Sequence record: PZ053912.1
Length of the DNA: 64,000 nt
Direction: 5' to 3' (one strand)
Origin: a phage
The notes beneath the pieces are model-generated. The model did not search any database. It was not told where the DNA came from and saw only the letters and a list, made by a program, of their open reading frames with translations. The translations under genes and the position numbers were made by a program. This document shows, piece after piece, positions 1-8,399 of the stretch; the first letter of the stretch is position 1, and every line of letters starts with the position of its first letter.

Positions 1-189
1 ACTGTTATCTAAAGCCACCTTTAATGCATTGATAGACGGCATTGCATTATATTCGTTAACGTGGCTCTTTATAATTTTAAAGACATTTTTTGCCGGTCCA
101 CGCTCAAAATACTCAGAATCCATATAAGGCCAAACCTTAGAAAAATAAGCCTGGTCATATACTAGATGAGACAAAATAATTTCTACCAC
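1..189 (-). CDS. 41: DNA helicase gp41, N-terminal 63 codons only; gene runs off the window start; GTG start at 187-189
   Basis: Minus-strand translation from 189 gives VVEIILSHLVYDQAYFSKVWPYMDSEYFERGPAKNVF..., recalled as the T4 gp41 N-terminus; AAGGAG 7 nt upstream; synteny uvsX-40-41. Confidence 0.6.
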   Translation of the reverse strand, partial: MVEIILSHLVYDQAYFSKVWPYMDSEYFERGPAKNVFKIIKSHVNEYNAMPSINALKVALDNS

Positions 190-198
190 GATAACTCC

Positions 199-540
199 TT
201 AAAAGAATTTAAATTTTTTCTTGGTCCGTTCATTAAAAGCTTGTTGTACTTGCATTGTAACACATTTTTCAACATGTGGTGCAAGTTCTGCTTTTCTATC
301 CTGGTCAAGAACTGCAAAGTCCATTACGATTTTACCATCAACCCAGTCTAGTTTTGTAATATAGACTATATGATGAGAACCGTCTTCAAGTGTAATCAGA
401 ATCTCTTGAATGACATTTTCCATTGCTGAACGGATAATTTTAAGAGATTCATTAAACACTCGTTCTTTGCGAATGTCTTCCCCTTCCGAAGAAGGGGATT
501 CATCAACGATTTCTAGATTTAAATCATCGAGATTATTCAT
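199..540 (-). CDS. 40: gp40-like head vertex assembly protein; start taken at internal ATG 538-540 overlapping the uvsX stop
   Basis: ORF 199..561; 114 aa from MNNLDDLNLEIVD; position between uvsX and 41 as in T4. Confidence 0.6.
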   Translation of the reverse strand: MNNLDDLNLEIVDESPSSEGEDIRKERVFNESLKIIRSAMENVIQEILITLEDGSHHIVYITKLDWVDGKIVMDFAVLDQDRKAELAPHVEKCVTMQVQQAFNERTKKKFKFF

Positions 541-1705
541 CGAAATCTTCCATTTCGTCAAGGTCGTTTTCTATATCTGCTGCAGACGGAGCATCAGAAG
601 TTTTAACCGGAACTTTAGTTGTTGCTTTGCAATTAATAAGGTCATTAACAGCGTCATCAACTTCTTTAATAGAAGAGATAGCACCTAGTTTATATTTAGT
701 TTCAATTGCATCTCGGAAAGGTTTGTGTTTAAACAACGGTCCCCAGAATTCTACACAATCAGTAGCTTTAGCACGCCATGATTTCTCTTCACGAATCATT
801 TCGCCTGTTTCTTCGTCAAGGAATTCTCGAGCATACCAACCAGCTTTAGGCTTAACCACAAAACCGATTTCAGTTGCCATTTCTAACAAGCCACTGAATG
901 GGTCGATACCACCATCGAAATTAACCGTGATTGGGAAAGTAGATTTCTCTTTAACTGTACGAGATTTTTCTGCTTTCAACGTGAAGTCATAACCGGTCAA
1001 TTCTGTACCTTCTTTAACCTGACGTTTAGAGATAAAGAATACGGTGTTAGCAGAGTAAAGAATACCTGTGCCACCGCCCATAATCTCTTTAGGATACAAT
1101 CCGCCAATTTCCATTGCTGTATGGTTGATTGCAACACATGGAATATCTTTAATAGTCAGATAAGGAGTCACAATGCGGAACAGAGATTTAAGTGCCTTAG
1201 CACGAGACATATCACCTACGACTTTCTCGTTCAATGCATCTTCGGTTTCTTTCTTAGATGCAGTATTACCGATTGAATCGATAAAGATAATAACTTTATC
1301 ACCGCGTTCAATCGCGTCAAGCTGATTAGTCATATCAACTTTAAGTTGTTCGACAGATTGAATCGGAGTATGAACTACACGGTCTAAATCAACACCCATT
1401 GAACGAAAATAAGATTCTGAAGCACCAAATTCTGAATCATAGAACAAACAAATTGCATCTTTATATTTCTTCATATATGCTGCAACCATGGTCAGTCCAA
1501 ACAACGTTTTAAAGTGTTTAGAAGGAGCAGCAAAAATAGTTAAGCCTGATTGCAACCCGGCATTCAGTGCACCACCTAATGCAATATTCAACATCGGAAT
1601 ACGAGTAGGGACTTCATCGCGATTATTAAACAGCTTAGACTTAGTCAAGTCTGCAGTCATTTTAGAAGTAGAAGCTTTAATCAGACGAGATTTTAAATCA
1701 GACAT
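533..1705 (-). CDS. uvsX: UvsX RecA-like recombinase
   Basis: 390 aa; MSDLKSRLIKASTSKMTADL... and RecA-fold core recalled from T4 UvsX. Confidence 0.95.
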   Translation of the reverse strand: MSDLKSRLIKASTSKMTADLTKSKLFNNRDEVPTRIPMLNIALGGALNAGLQSGLTIFAAPSKHFKTLFGLTMVAAYMKKYKDAICLFYDSEFGASESYFRSMGVDLDRVVHTPIQSVEQLKVDMTNQLDAIERGDKVIIFIDSIGNTASKKETEDALNEKVVGDMSRAKALKSLFRIVTPYLTIKDIPCVAINHTAMEIGGLYPKEIMGGGTGILYSANTVFFISKRQVKEGTELTGYDFTLKAEKSRTVKEKSTFPITVNFDGGIDPFSGLLEMATEIGFVVKPKAGWYAREFLDEETGEMIREEKSWRAKATDCVEFWGPLFKHKPFRDAIETKYKLGAISSIKEVDDAVNDLINCKATTKVPVKTSDAPSAADIENDLDEMEDFDE

Positions 1706-1804
1706 TGTATTTTTCCATAGGCATCATTATATTTTACTCATGTTTAAAAGATAAGATGATTATATACTAAGGGTTATACAGCATTTAAAACTTTAAACAG
1801 GCTC

Positions 1805-2353
1805 TTAACGAGCCCATTTGATAATTTCTGTAATCAAATAATTACGTTCGCTTGCATTAAATCCTATAACTTTGTTAGCACCGTCATGATTAAGTAATTG
1901 ATACGTTTGGATTTTGTTATGAATTGCAAACTCTTCAAAATATGAAATGACTGTATTAAAACCGAATGAAGACAAAGTAATAAGATCGTCTTCAAAACTT
2001 TCAGTCATTTCGTTACGTGTTAAAATAATTGTGAACACATCATGGTTTTGGCAAAGACGAACATAATCCTGTTCATAAACGTCAAGAACCGAGTCCGCAT
2101 CTTGTCGAATACGTCCATAAACCCAGTTACTAATATATCCACGGTCTAACAGATAAATCTTAGTAGGGTCTAAATAATTCAACATCGTTTCGAAACAGCC
2201 AACTTCATTTCGAGACTTAACATCGAAACGTCCATCAACTGTTCGTTTAGGGAAATCAATCTTTACATATCTTTCACTAATTTCCATTATGTCATTAATG
2301 AAAGTTGTTTTACCAGCATTATCCGGGCCATCTACTAAAATAATTTTAGCCAT
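1805..2353 (-). CDS. P-loop NTPase, small kinase-like protein, substrate unknown
   Basis: 182 aa; Walker A GPDNAGKTT at residues 9-17; sits in the block between uvsX and gene 42. Confidence 0.5.
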   Translation of the reverse strand: MAKIILVDGPDNAGKTTFINDIMEISERYVKIDFPKRTVDGRFDVKSRNEVGCFETMLNYLDPTKIYLLDRGYISNWVYGRIRQDADSVLDVYEQDYVRLCQNHDVFTIILTRNEMTESFEDDLITLSSFGFNTVISYFEEFAIHNKIQTYQLLNHDGANKVIGFNASERNYLITEIIKWAR

Positions 2354-2354
2354 T

Positions 2355-3254
2355 TTATTCCTCGATTACGACATCTTCATATTTAGGTATATTATACGGC
2401 GAAGAAATTAAAGCGTTAAAGTAGATGAACTCGCCAAGACCTGGATGGAATACTTCTTCAGGATTTTCGAAATATTGAATCTTCGGCCGTCCTTTAAGAA
2501 TTTGATAGTACTCAGTTTTAGTTGGTTTAAAAATTCGAATCAGCGCTTCTTCAGGATACTTATTTCTGTCGAAGCTATTATTTGGATCGGTTATATAAAG
2601 CGGTTGGCCTAATTGAATTGCACATTCAACCACTTGTTCAAAACGATAGCACGGGTCACTAATTCGAAATGGATGAAAAATACCATCTAGATGAATAGGA
2701 GCCAAATCACCTACAAGACGCTGCATGATGGAAGGACGTATAACTTTCTGGGTTACGATAATCTTATTACCATCTGCACCTGCGTTAACCAGCACTTCTT
2801 TTTGACGTTCATTCAACACAGTAGTTTGAAGTGAACGATTAACCGACAACATATCAGTTTTTAAGAATTCGTCAATATAAAAACGTGGTTTATTAGGGTC
2901 TGCAGTGATATTGAAATTGAATTCCACATCAAAAGCGCCGTCATATCCGGTGATATCTGTGATTAGAAAATCACAATCATAATAAGCAATTAATGAATCA
3001 ACCACAAATTCATTTTCAGACCAGAAATATTTACGAGTGTTATACGCGTTATCTTTATACCATAATGGAACAAACTTAAATTCTGGAAAAAGACGTTCGC
3101 ATTCTTTAATATCAGATGCATTACGTGGATATGTAATCACATCACCCGGATTAGCACGGTGCAAATGAAGTTGGAAGTTGCCATCCTTAAGGATAGCATA
3201 CTGTCCAGTTTCATAAGACCGCATACTCAAGATAGGTACGCGGAAATTAGCCAT
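2355..3254 (-). CDS. Hypothetical protein at the locus where T4 has beta-glucosyltransferase; candidate DNA sugar transferase (inference only)
   Basis: 299 aa ORF tightly packed between the P-loop gene and gene 42; no resemblance to T4 beta-gt or any motif I recognise. Confidence 0.4.
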   Translation of the reverse strand: MANFRVPILSMRSYETGQYAILKDGNFQLHLHRANPGDVITYPRNASDIKECERLFPEFKFVPLWYKDNAYNTRKYFWSENEFVVDSLIAYYDCDFLITDITGYDGAFDVEFNFNITADPNKPRFYIDEFLKTDMLSVNRSLQTTVLNERQKEVLVNAGADGNKIIVTQKVIRPSIMQRLVGDLAPIHLDGIFHPFRISDPCYRFEQVVECAIQLGQPLYITDPNNSFDRNKYPEEALIRIFKPTKTEYYQILKGRPKIQYFENPEEVFHPGLGEFIYFNALISSPYNIPKYEDVVIEE

Positions 3255-3970
3255 TAGTCAAGGAATCCTTTAACATAATCAAAATCACGTTCAAACACAT
3301 GGGCACTTACCATGGTATGAGTATAATCACCAACTTCTACACCACATTCGTTAGCGATATAATGAAGTAATTTTCCTTGGAGATAAAAATCCAACTGCAT
3401 AACAACAGCACAGTTCTGAGAACGCATATGACAGTGGGTATAAAGCTTACCATCACGAATATAATAAGTCACTGAGTCAGTACATGGATATTCAAGTGTT
3501 TCGTCCGAATCAAGCAAAGCCTGATCTGAACTTTCAAGAATTTGAAACACAACTCTTCGAGAGTTAGGTTTCTCTTTAAGTTCTTTGAGAAGAGCTGGTA
3601 ATTGGGCCGCAATGCGAGGACCATAGAAAGTGTTGAAGTTCGCCGGCAAAACATCTGATTTTGGTTTAGAAATAAATTTAGCGACATTAGGATATGCCTT
3701 AAACGCTTCTTCTGCGTTGGTACCACCAGAAATCATAAACTTCCAGAAGTCTTCGGCATATTCATAAGAGATGCGGTTAATACGTGGGTCGGTCATTTTG
3801 AATGATGATGGAGTGTCAACAACTACTGTCATAGACCCAATTTCATTACAACGTCCAATACGAGAATCAGTTACGAATTCCGGGTTTTCTAAAATTTCAC
3901 GATTGACTGCTTTAAATGCGGTTTGAAAATCTGCGGCTTTGATATATTTCATTGTGTTATGTTTTCCCAT
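3254..3970 (-). CDS. 42: dCMP hydroxymethylase (thymidylate synthase family)
   Basis: 238 aa; CTDSVTYYIRDGKLYTHCHMRSQNCAVV resembles the active-site block of T4 gp42/thymidylate synthases; T4 position of gene 42. Confidence 0.8.
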   Translation of the reverse strand: MGKHNTMKYIKAADFQTAFKAVNREILENPEFVTDSRIGRCNEIGSMTVVVDTPSSFKMTDPRINRISYEYAEDFWKFMISGGTNAEEAFKAYPNVAKFISKPKSDVLPANFNTFYGPRIAAQLPALLKELKEKPNSRRVVFQILESSDQALLDSDETLEYPCTDSVTYYIRDGKLYTHCHMRSQNCAVVMQLDFYLQGKLLHYIANECGVEVGDYTHTMVSAHVFERDFDYVKGFLD

Positions 3971-3990
3971 GTTTACCTCAATACAATTTA

Positions 3991-4014
3991 TTATATACTC
4001 AATTCGTAAAGCTT
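3991..4014 (-). promoter_or_regulatory. Candidate MotA-type middle promoter upstream of gene 42
   Basis: Minus strand AAGCTTTAC (MotA-box-like) about 11 nt upstream of TATAAT, about 20 nt before the gene 42 ATG. Confidence 0.3.
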
Positions 4015-4146
4015 ATTTGAATTTCTTGACAATGTTGATATAACGTAAAGCTTCAGCATCGATACTTCCAAGAACACTATGAAGAAATGCATCAGCGTAG
4101 TATTCCAATTGAACAGGTTTCTTTAATCACTTTAGCCGCTTTAGTT

Positions 4147-4170
4147 TCAAACAGGCCCTTATGGGCCTGT
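4147..4170 (-). terminator. GC-rich perfect palindrome AAACAGGCCC-TTAT-GGGCCTGTTT (10-bp stem); terminator-like hairpin after the 386-aa gene
   Basis: Seen directly; no clear U tract. Confidence 0.35.
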
Positions 4171-4249
4171 TTAAGAATTTGTTCGTTGCTGTTAATTTTC
4201 ATAGTCAAAATCTCTTCATTAAGTTGGTGGTTAAAAGTTTTTCTAGAAA

Positions 4250-5410
4250 TCATTCCGGGTACCTCAAAGCGTCATCAGAGTTAGTTATATCAATAATAGA
4301 TATAGAGTTTTCTGCTAACCCATTTTTAGATAACTGACGTTTATAATATCTTTCACAATATGTACACGTCGTCCCGCAGATTTCATTAGCACAATCGAAA
4401 TCTGGATGTCTGAACCACCTTTTTTCTAAAAAGCCGTCTAACAAAGAGGTTTCAATATTTACTGTATGTGAAAACTCAATTTCGTTTTCAAGAGTGAAAA
4501 TAGTCTCTAAAGGCTTCCACAGTTCTAACAAATTACCTTCAAACTTTTCAGAAGCGTATGCTTCAAGAACTTTCAAAATGTAGTCTGTGCTACCTGTACG
4601 TCCTGAAACTTTGAATTGAGTGATACCAATATCATTATAAAGTTTCAAATCTTGAGGACGAACAAAACGAGTTCTCAACCAGTTAAATGGGTCTGTATCA
4701 CGAGCTTTAATACAGTGCTGCATAGGATATCCGTTTAAGGATTTAGCATCATCAGCTGTAACATCAGTACTATGGAAAATATAGCAAGAGTCACGATAGC
4801 TACAATGTGTTGTATACCCTTTACCAGCATTAGAACAGAACTCATTTACAAGAACTTCAAATATTATATTGTTCTTATTGCAAAACTCTGCTGCACGCTT
4901 CAGGAAAGAAACTGAACGGTTCTTATGAATTCCACAGCAGACCTTTTTGATATTATATTGGTCATGCAAATATTTGATTTGAGTTACAGCATCGACATGT
5001 AGAATTGTTGAAACTTCAATCTCAATGTCTTTATTGACTTCACGAACAATTTCCATAACAACAGGGTTAGCGATAGTAATACGCCATACGCCTATTGACC
5101 AAAGATACTGAACATAATCCTGAATAGCTTTCTTCTTCCACTCAACTAGTTCTCTTTTTGAACCAGGATTTATCGTGTTGAGTGTATAGTTAAAGCAAAT
5201 ACCTAATTCGTTACAACGTTTAACGTAATCTTCTAACATCTTTTTGTCAACGTCAGGAAGCCTAAAATCAGGTCTGGCTGCTACAAAAGCCATTTCTCTT
5301 GTAGAGCCGTATACTTCATTTATCAAGCTATTAGGATAAGTTTTATTGAGCTCTACGATTTTATCAAGAAGAGCTAAATCAAAATTCGTTCCGATTTTAA
5401 AAGTATTCAT
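4250..5410 (-). CDS. Cys-rich enzyme-like protein of unassigned family; possible Fe-S protein
   Basis: 386 aa; Cys clusters CSNAGKGYTTHCSYRDSC and C-terminal CANEICGTTCTYC (contains CxxxCxxC); lies inside the sugar-nucleotide gene block. Confidence 0.45.
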   Translation of the reverse strand: MNTFKIGTNFDLALLDKIVELNKTYPNSLINEVYGSTREMAFVAARPDFRLPDVDKKMLEDYVKRCNELGICFNYTLNTINPGSKRELVEWKKKAIQDYVQYLWSIGVWRITIANPVVMEIVREVNKDIEIEVSTILHVDAVTQIKYLHDQYNIKKVCCGIHKNRSVSFLKRAAEFCNKNNIIFEVLVNEFCSNAGKGYTTHCSYRDSCYIFHSTDVTADDAKSLNGYPMQHCIKARDTDPFNWLRTRFVRPQDLKLYNDIGITQFKVSGRTGSTDYILKVLEAYASEKFEGNLLELWKPLETIFTLENEIEFSHTVNIETSLLDGFLEKRWFRHPDFDCANEICGTTCTYCERYYKRQLSKNGLAENSISIIDITNSDDALRYPE

Positions 5411-5467
5411 TTTTTTACATCTCGCGTTAATTGATGCGATGGTTTTTTGCAGGTCTTACTTAAATTA

Positions 5468-5854
5468 TTATAGATTCGGTTTATATGATTTAAATGTTTC
5501 GAATTCGCCTTTATTCATAAGAGCTTTGAATTCGTCAGGACGCATAGCTTTGTCGTCGATAATCCAATCATATACTGGTTTATGTGTTAGCAAATTATGG
5601 TACTTCAAGCCAATGTTTGCCAAGTTCTGAATCAGACTTGGGAGAATGTCAATTGCTATACGACCAGGACCTACTGACTTCATACCACGAGCAGTGTAAA
5701 GCGTTATGGTATGCCCTGCATCATACAGGGCATTAATGGCAGACACCATTTCGACGTCTGGTTTGAAGTTCACGTAATCACGATTGTTATTCCACTCTGT
5801 TATACAATCATCGACATCAAAACAAAGATTAAGCATGTTTTCTACACGGTGCAT
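5468..5854 (-). CDS. HAD-superfamily phosphatase, small
   Basis: HAD motif I FDVDDCIT and C-terminal KPxxDWIIDD; start ambiguous (ATG at 5869, 5854 or 5836); 5854 gives a TAATG overlap with the upstream stop. Confidence 0.65.
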   Translation of the reverse strand: MHRVENMLNLCFDVDDCITEWNNNRDYVNFKPDVEMVSAINALYDAGHTITLYTARGMKSVGPGRIAIDILPSLIQNLANIGLKYHNLLTHKPVYDWIIDDKAMRPDEFKALMNKGEFETFKSYKPNL

Positions 5855-7542
5855 TAGATTCGTTCCCATTGATGAGTGATATCGCCACCGATTGGACGAT
5901 AGGAAACACCAGTTTCTTTATCAGTTAGTACCCATTTACCAGGATTTTTTGTAATCAGAGTAGCCGTTACAGGTTCTGCTACGTCATAACTAATAGAGCC
6001 GTCTTGAAGTACACGGCCCATGTTACGTAATTGCTTAGTCAGAAGTTCCATACCTTTATAATATGCGGCTACCGCTTTAAGTGGATTATTCTTGAAATAA
6101 CCACCTAATGCAATCCAGATAATTGCCACTGCCAAATGATGATACTCGTTAAACGAACTCATCTTTCCATATTTGTAAACTAATGGATTGATGTTAATAG
6201 TCACATTACAAGTTGTTTCATCAATAGTAAACTGTCCCCAGGTCGGATTAGCATTGAATTCATCATAACCTGAAACAGCATAAAGCACTTTAGCTTCATC
6301 GTACAATTTTGGCCCGTAAATCTTGGTTTCGCCAAAATATCCACGAGGGTCGATAAACTTGACTTCACCATTATCAGTAATCATAGTATTACTGAAGTTC
6401 GGGTCACCATGAATAACAGAGTACTGTCCCTGAGAACGGTTATGATAACGAATAAGGTGTTCTAAAGCTTGTTTCAACATTGGCTTCAGACGTCCAATCT
6501 TAGTGTAGTTCACATGTGTGATTTTACCGAATGAATCAATCAATGGTTGAATACTTTCACAACGATCAATAACTTTCGTATAGAACTCTTTAGTGAAATC
6601 ACGGCGAACAGTTTCAGGACTTACAAAATAAGTGTCTGTGCTGAATTTCAGTGCATCTAAAATTGCATCAACAATTTGTGGACGAGCAAGACTCGATTTG
6701 GATTTAATATATTCAAATGCCGGCTTACCTTTAATGCGTTCCATAATAAAGTGGCCGCCAGGATGATAACTTACAATCCGTGGAACTGAATCTGATTTAA
6801 CTTTCTTATACCAATTGACTTCATCTTTTTGAAGTGCAACGCCCTGTTCTGTTAAAGCAATCTTTGTTACCGTTTCTTCGCCAATTTCAACTGCATTAAA
6901 ACTACGATTAAGTTCACGAACTTCATGAGCTTTTTCAAGTTTAGGCATATCACCAAGGTCGATGATATTCATAAGCTCTGATTTATTGAATGCGCTGCCG
7001 TAAAGGAATTCTACGAAATCACGTCCTTTGCAGTATTCATGAATTTCCTCATCAGTAGAACCCATATAGAATTCCCAGTCTTTGAACTGATAAATTCCTA
7101 CAACATTACCACCTGTTGAACCTACATTAGTGATATTTTCACCGTCGAAATTATATCGACATTCGTCACCCTTAACATAGATTGCGTTAACATTCCAAGA
7201 CCACGAACCAAAATCAGGAATAATATCACACCAGTTAACAATTACATTATGGCCGTCTAAATCTTTGTGCAATTTAGCAAGAGCATAAGCAGAACCATAC
7301 GCTTCATCAACTGTACGAATAGTCACATTGAACCCTTCTTGCTCACAATAAGCTCGAACAGTTTCAGCAAATTTTGAATGAACTACTACAATAATTTCAT
7401 CTGCGCCAAGGTCAGAATAAATTGTATACAAATTGCTCAGAATAGTGTCTTGTTTATAGTTAACAAGCACCTTAGGAATATGATGCGTTATTGGATACAA
7501 ACGAGTTGCCAGTCCAGCACCAAGAATAACAGCTTTTTTCAT
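5854..7542 (-). CDS. Bifunctional sugar-phosphate nucleotidyltransferase (N-terminal) / APH-choline-kinase-fold kinase (central-C-terminal)
   Basis: 562 aa; N-terminal AVILGAGLATRL glycine-rich nucleotidyltransferase signature; later VIHGDPNFSN ... KFIDPRG resembles the catalytic loop of APH/choline kinases. Confidence 0.7.
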   Translation of the reverse strand: MKKAVILGAGLATRLYPITHHIPKVLVNYKQDTILSNLYTIYSDLGADEIIVVVHSKFAETVRAYCEQEGFNVTIRTVDEAYGSAYALAKLHKDLDGHNVIVNWCDIIPDFGSWSWNVNAIYVKGDECRYNFDGENITNVGSTGGNVVGIYQFKDWEFYMGSTDEEIHEYCKGRDFVEFLYGSAFNKSELMNIIDLGDMPKLEKAHEVRELNRSFNAVEIGEETVTKIALTEQGVALQKDEVNWYKKVKSDSVPRIVSYHPGGHFIMERIKGKPAFEYIKSKSSLARPQIVDAILDALKFSTDTYFVSPETVRRDFTKEFYTKVIDRCESIQPLIDSFGKITHVNYTKIGRLKPMLKQALEHLIRYHNRSQGQYSVIHGDPNFSNTMITDNGEVKFIDPRGYFGETKIYGPKLYDEAKVLYAVSGYDEFNANPTWGQFTIDETTCNVTININPLVYKYGKMSSFNEYHHLAVAIIWIALGGYFKNNPLKAVAAYYKGMELLTKQLRNMGRVLQDGSISYDVAEPVTATLITKNPGKWVLTDKETGVSYRPIGGDITHQWERI

Positions 7543-7723
7543 GTTGTGGTCCTCATTGGTAAGTAGGAGTATTGTACACTATTCTAGTTAAAGCATTCAT
7601 ACTTTGCTTGTAGTCCAATCATAATCCATCCAATTACAAGTGTTGGAATCATTACTGGAGCCGTTAAGCTCCAGTAGATAGTCATGACAAGCATCAATAG
7701 TAAAAGTCCTATTGTTATTGCTT

Positions 7724-8359
7724 TCATTGTTCGCCTCGTAACATGGCACCTAGTGCACCGCCAGGGTGGAACTTAAGGAAGTCATTAGAGGTAAATCCAC
7801 GCTCAGACGAAAGGTTGATAGCAAACGTATCGATAAGCGCTAACAACAATGTAGTGGACATGGTCGGAGCCAGAGAATTCTCATCAACCTCTACTGCGAT
7901 GCCTGTACAGAAAGAGTAATCAAAAAGGGCTTCATTTTCTTGTGGAATGTCCGGGTTACAATGCAACAGAATCTGTTTGACGTTCGGACGAATCATTTTA
8001 AGATGCTTAGCCACGCCTATCATTTCTTCAGTTTTACCAGAACGACTAATATGAATCAACACATCATTAGGCGCAATGAATCCTGCATCACCGTGAGAAT
8101 AATGCCCAGTGTTCAAGTACATACTCGGGATACCGAGTGAAGCAAATGTCTCAGAAGCTTTAGTTGCAATATTAGCATTCTTACCAACACCTGTAATAAT
8201 TACTCGGCTTTCATAATTACTAAGTCCTGGGCGTCGAAGAGTTTCTAGAATAGCATTATAACGAGCAGGGTTTTGACTAATTACTTTGGCCATAGCGGCC
8301 AAAGAAGAAGCTTGTTTTATGATTGCGTCAATAGCGATAGTAATAGGAGTAGTTTTCAT
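7724..8359 (-). CDS. SIS-domain sugar-phosphate isomerase, KdsD/GutQ-like arabinose-5-phosphate isomerase core without CBS domains
   Basis: 211 aa; GVGKNANIATKASETFASLG, HGDAGFIAP, ISRSGKTEE and C-terminal FHPGGALG match my memory of the KdsD SIS domain. Confidence 0.75.
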   Translation of the reverse strand: MKTTPITIAIDAIIKQASSLAAMAKVISQNPARYNAILETLRRPGLSNYESRVIITGVGKNANIATKASETFASLGIPSMYLNTGHYSHGDAGFIAPNDVLIHISRSGKTEEMIGVAKHLKMIRPNVKQILLHCNPDIPQENEALFDYSFCTGIAVEVDENSLAPTMSTTLLLALIDTFAINLSSERGFTSNDFLKFHPGGALGAMLRGEQ

Positions 8360-8399
8360 ATTTCTCTCATTTAATTAGTTTACCGTCCATGACATTATA

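Noticed and set aside
3469-3726. Minus-strand 85-aa ORF inside gene 42
   Set aside because: Alternative frame nested in a conserved enzyme gene; low-complexity translation.
4023-4050. Plus-strand TTGACA ... TATAAC promoter-like match
   Set aside because: Spacing of 7 nt is wrong and there is no plus-strand gene downstream.
4087-4284. Plus-strand ORF in the 42-upstream intergenic region, and the many other plus-strand track ORFs between 166 and 57000 (for example 410..688, 627..992, 8548..8787, 9846..10232, 49082..49600, 50935..51303)
   Set aside because: They lie antisense inside clearly recognisable minus-strand genes or promoter regions, have no ribosome-binding sites, and T4-like genomes are transcribed almost entirely from one strand here.
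4250-5410. Assigning the 386-aa Cys-rich protein to peptidase family U32 or to radical SAM
   Set aside because: The U32 signature does not match, and the CxxxCxxC is C-terminal without a recognisable SAM-binding context; left unassigned.
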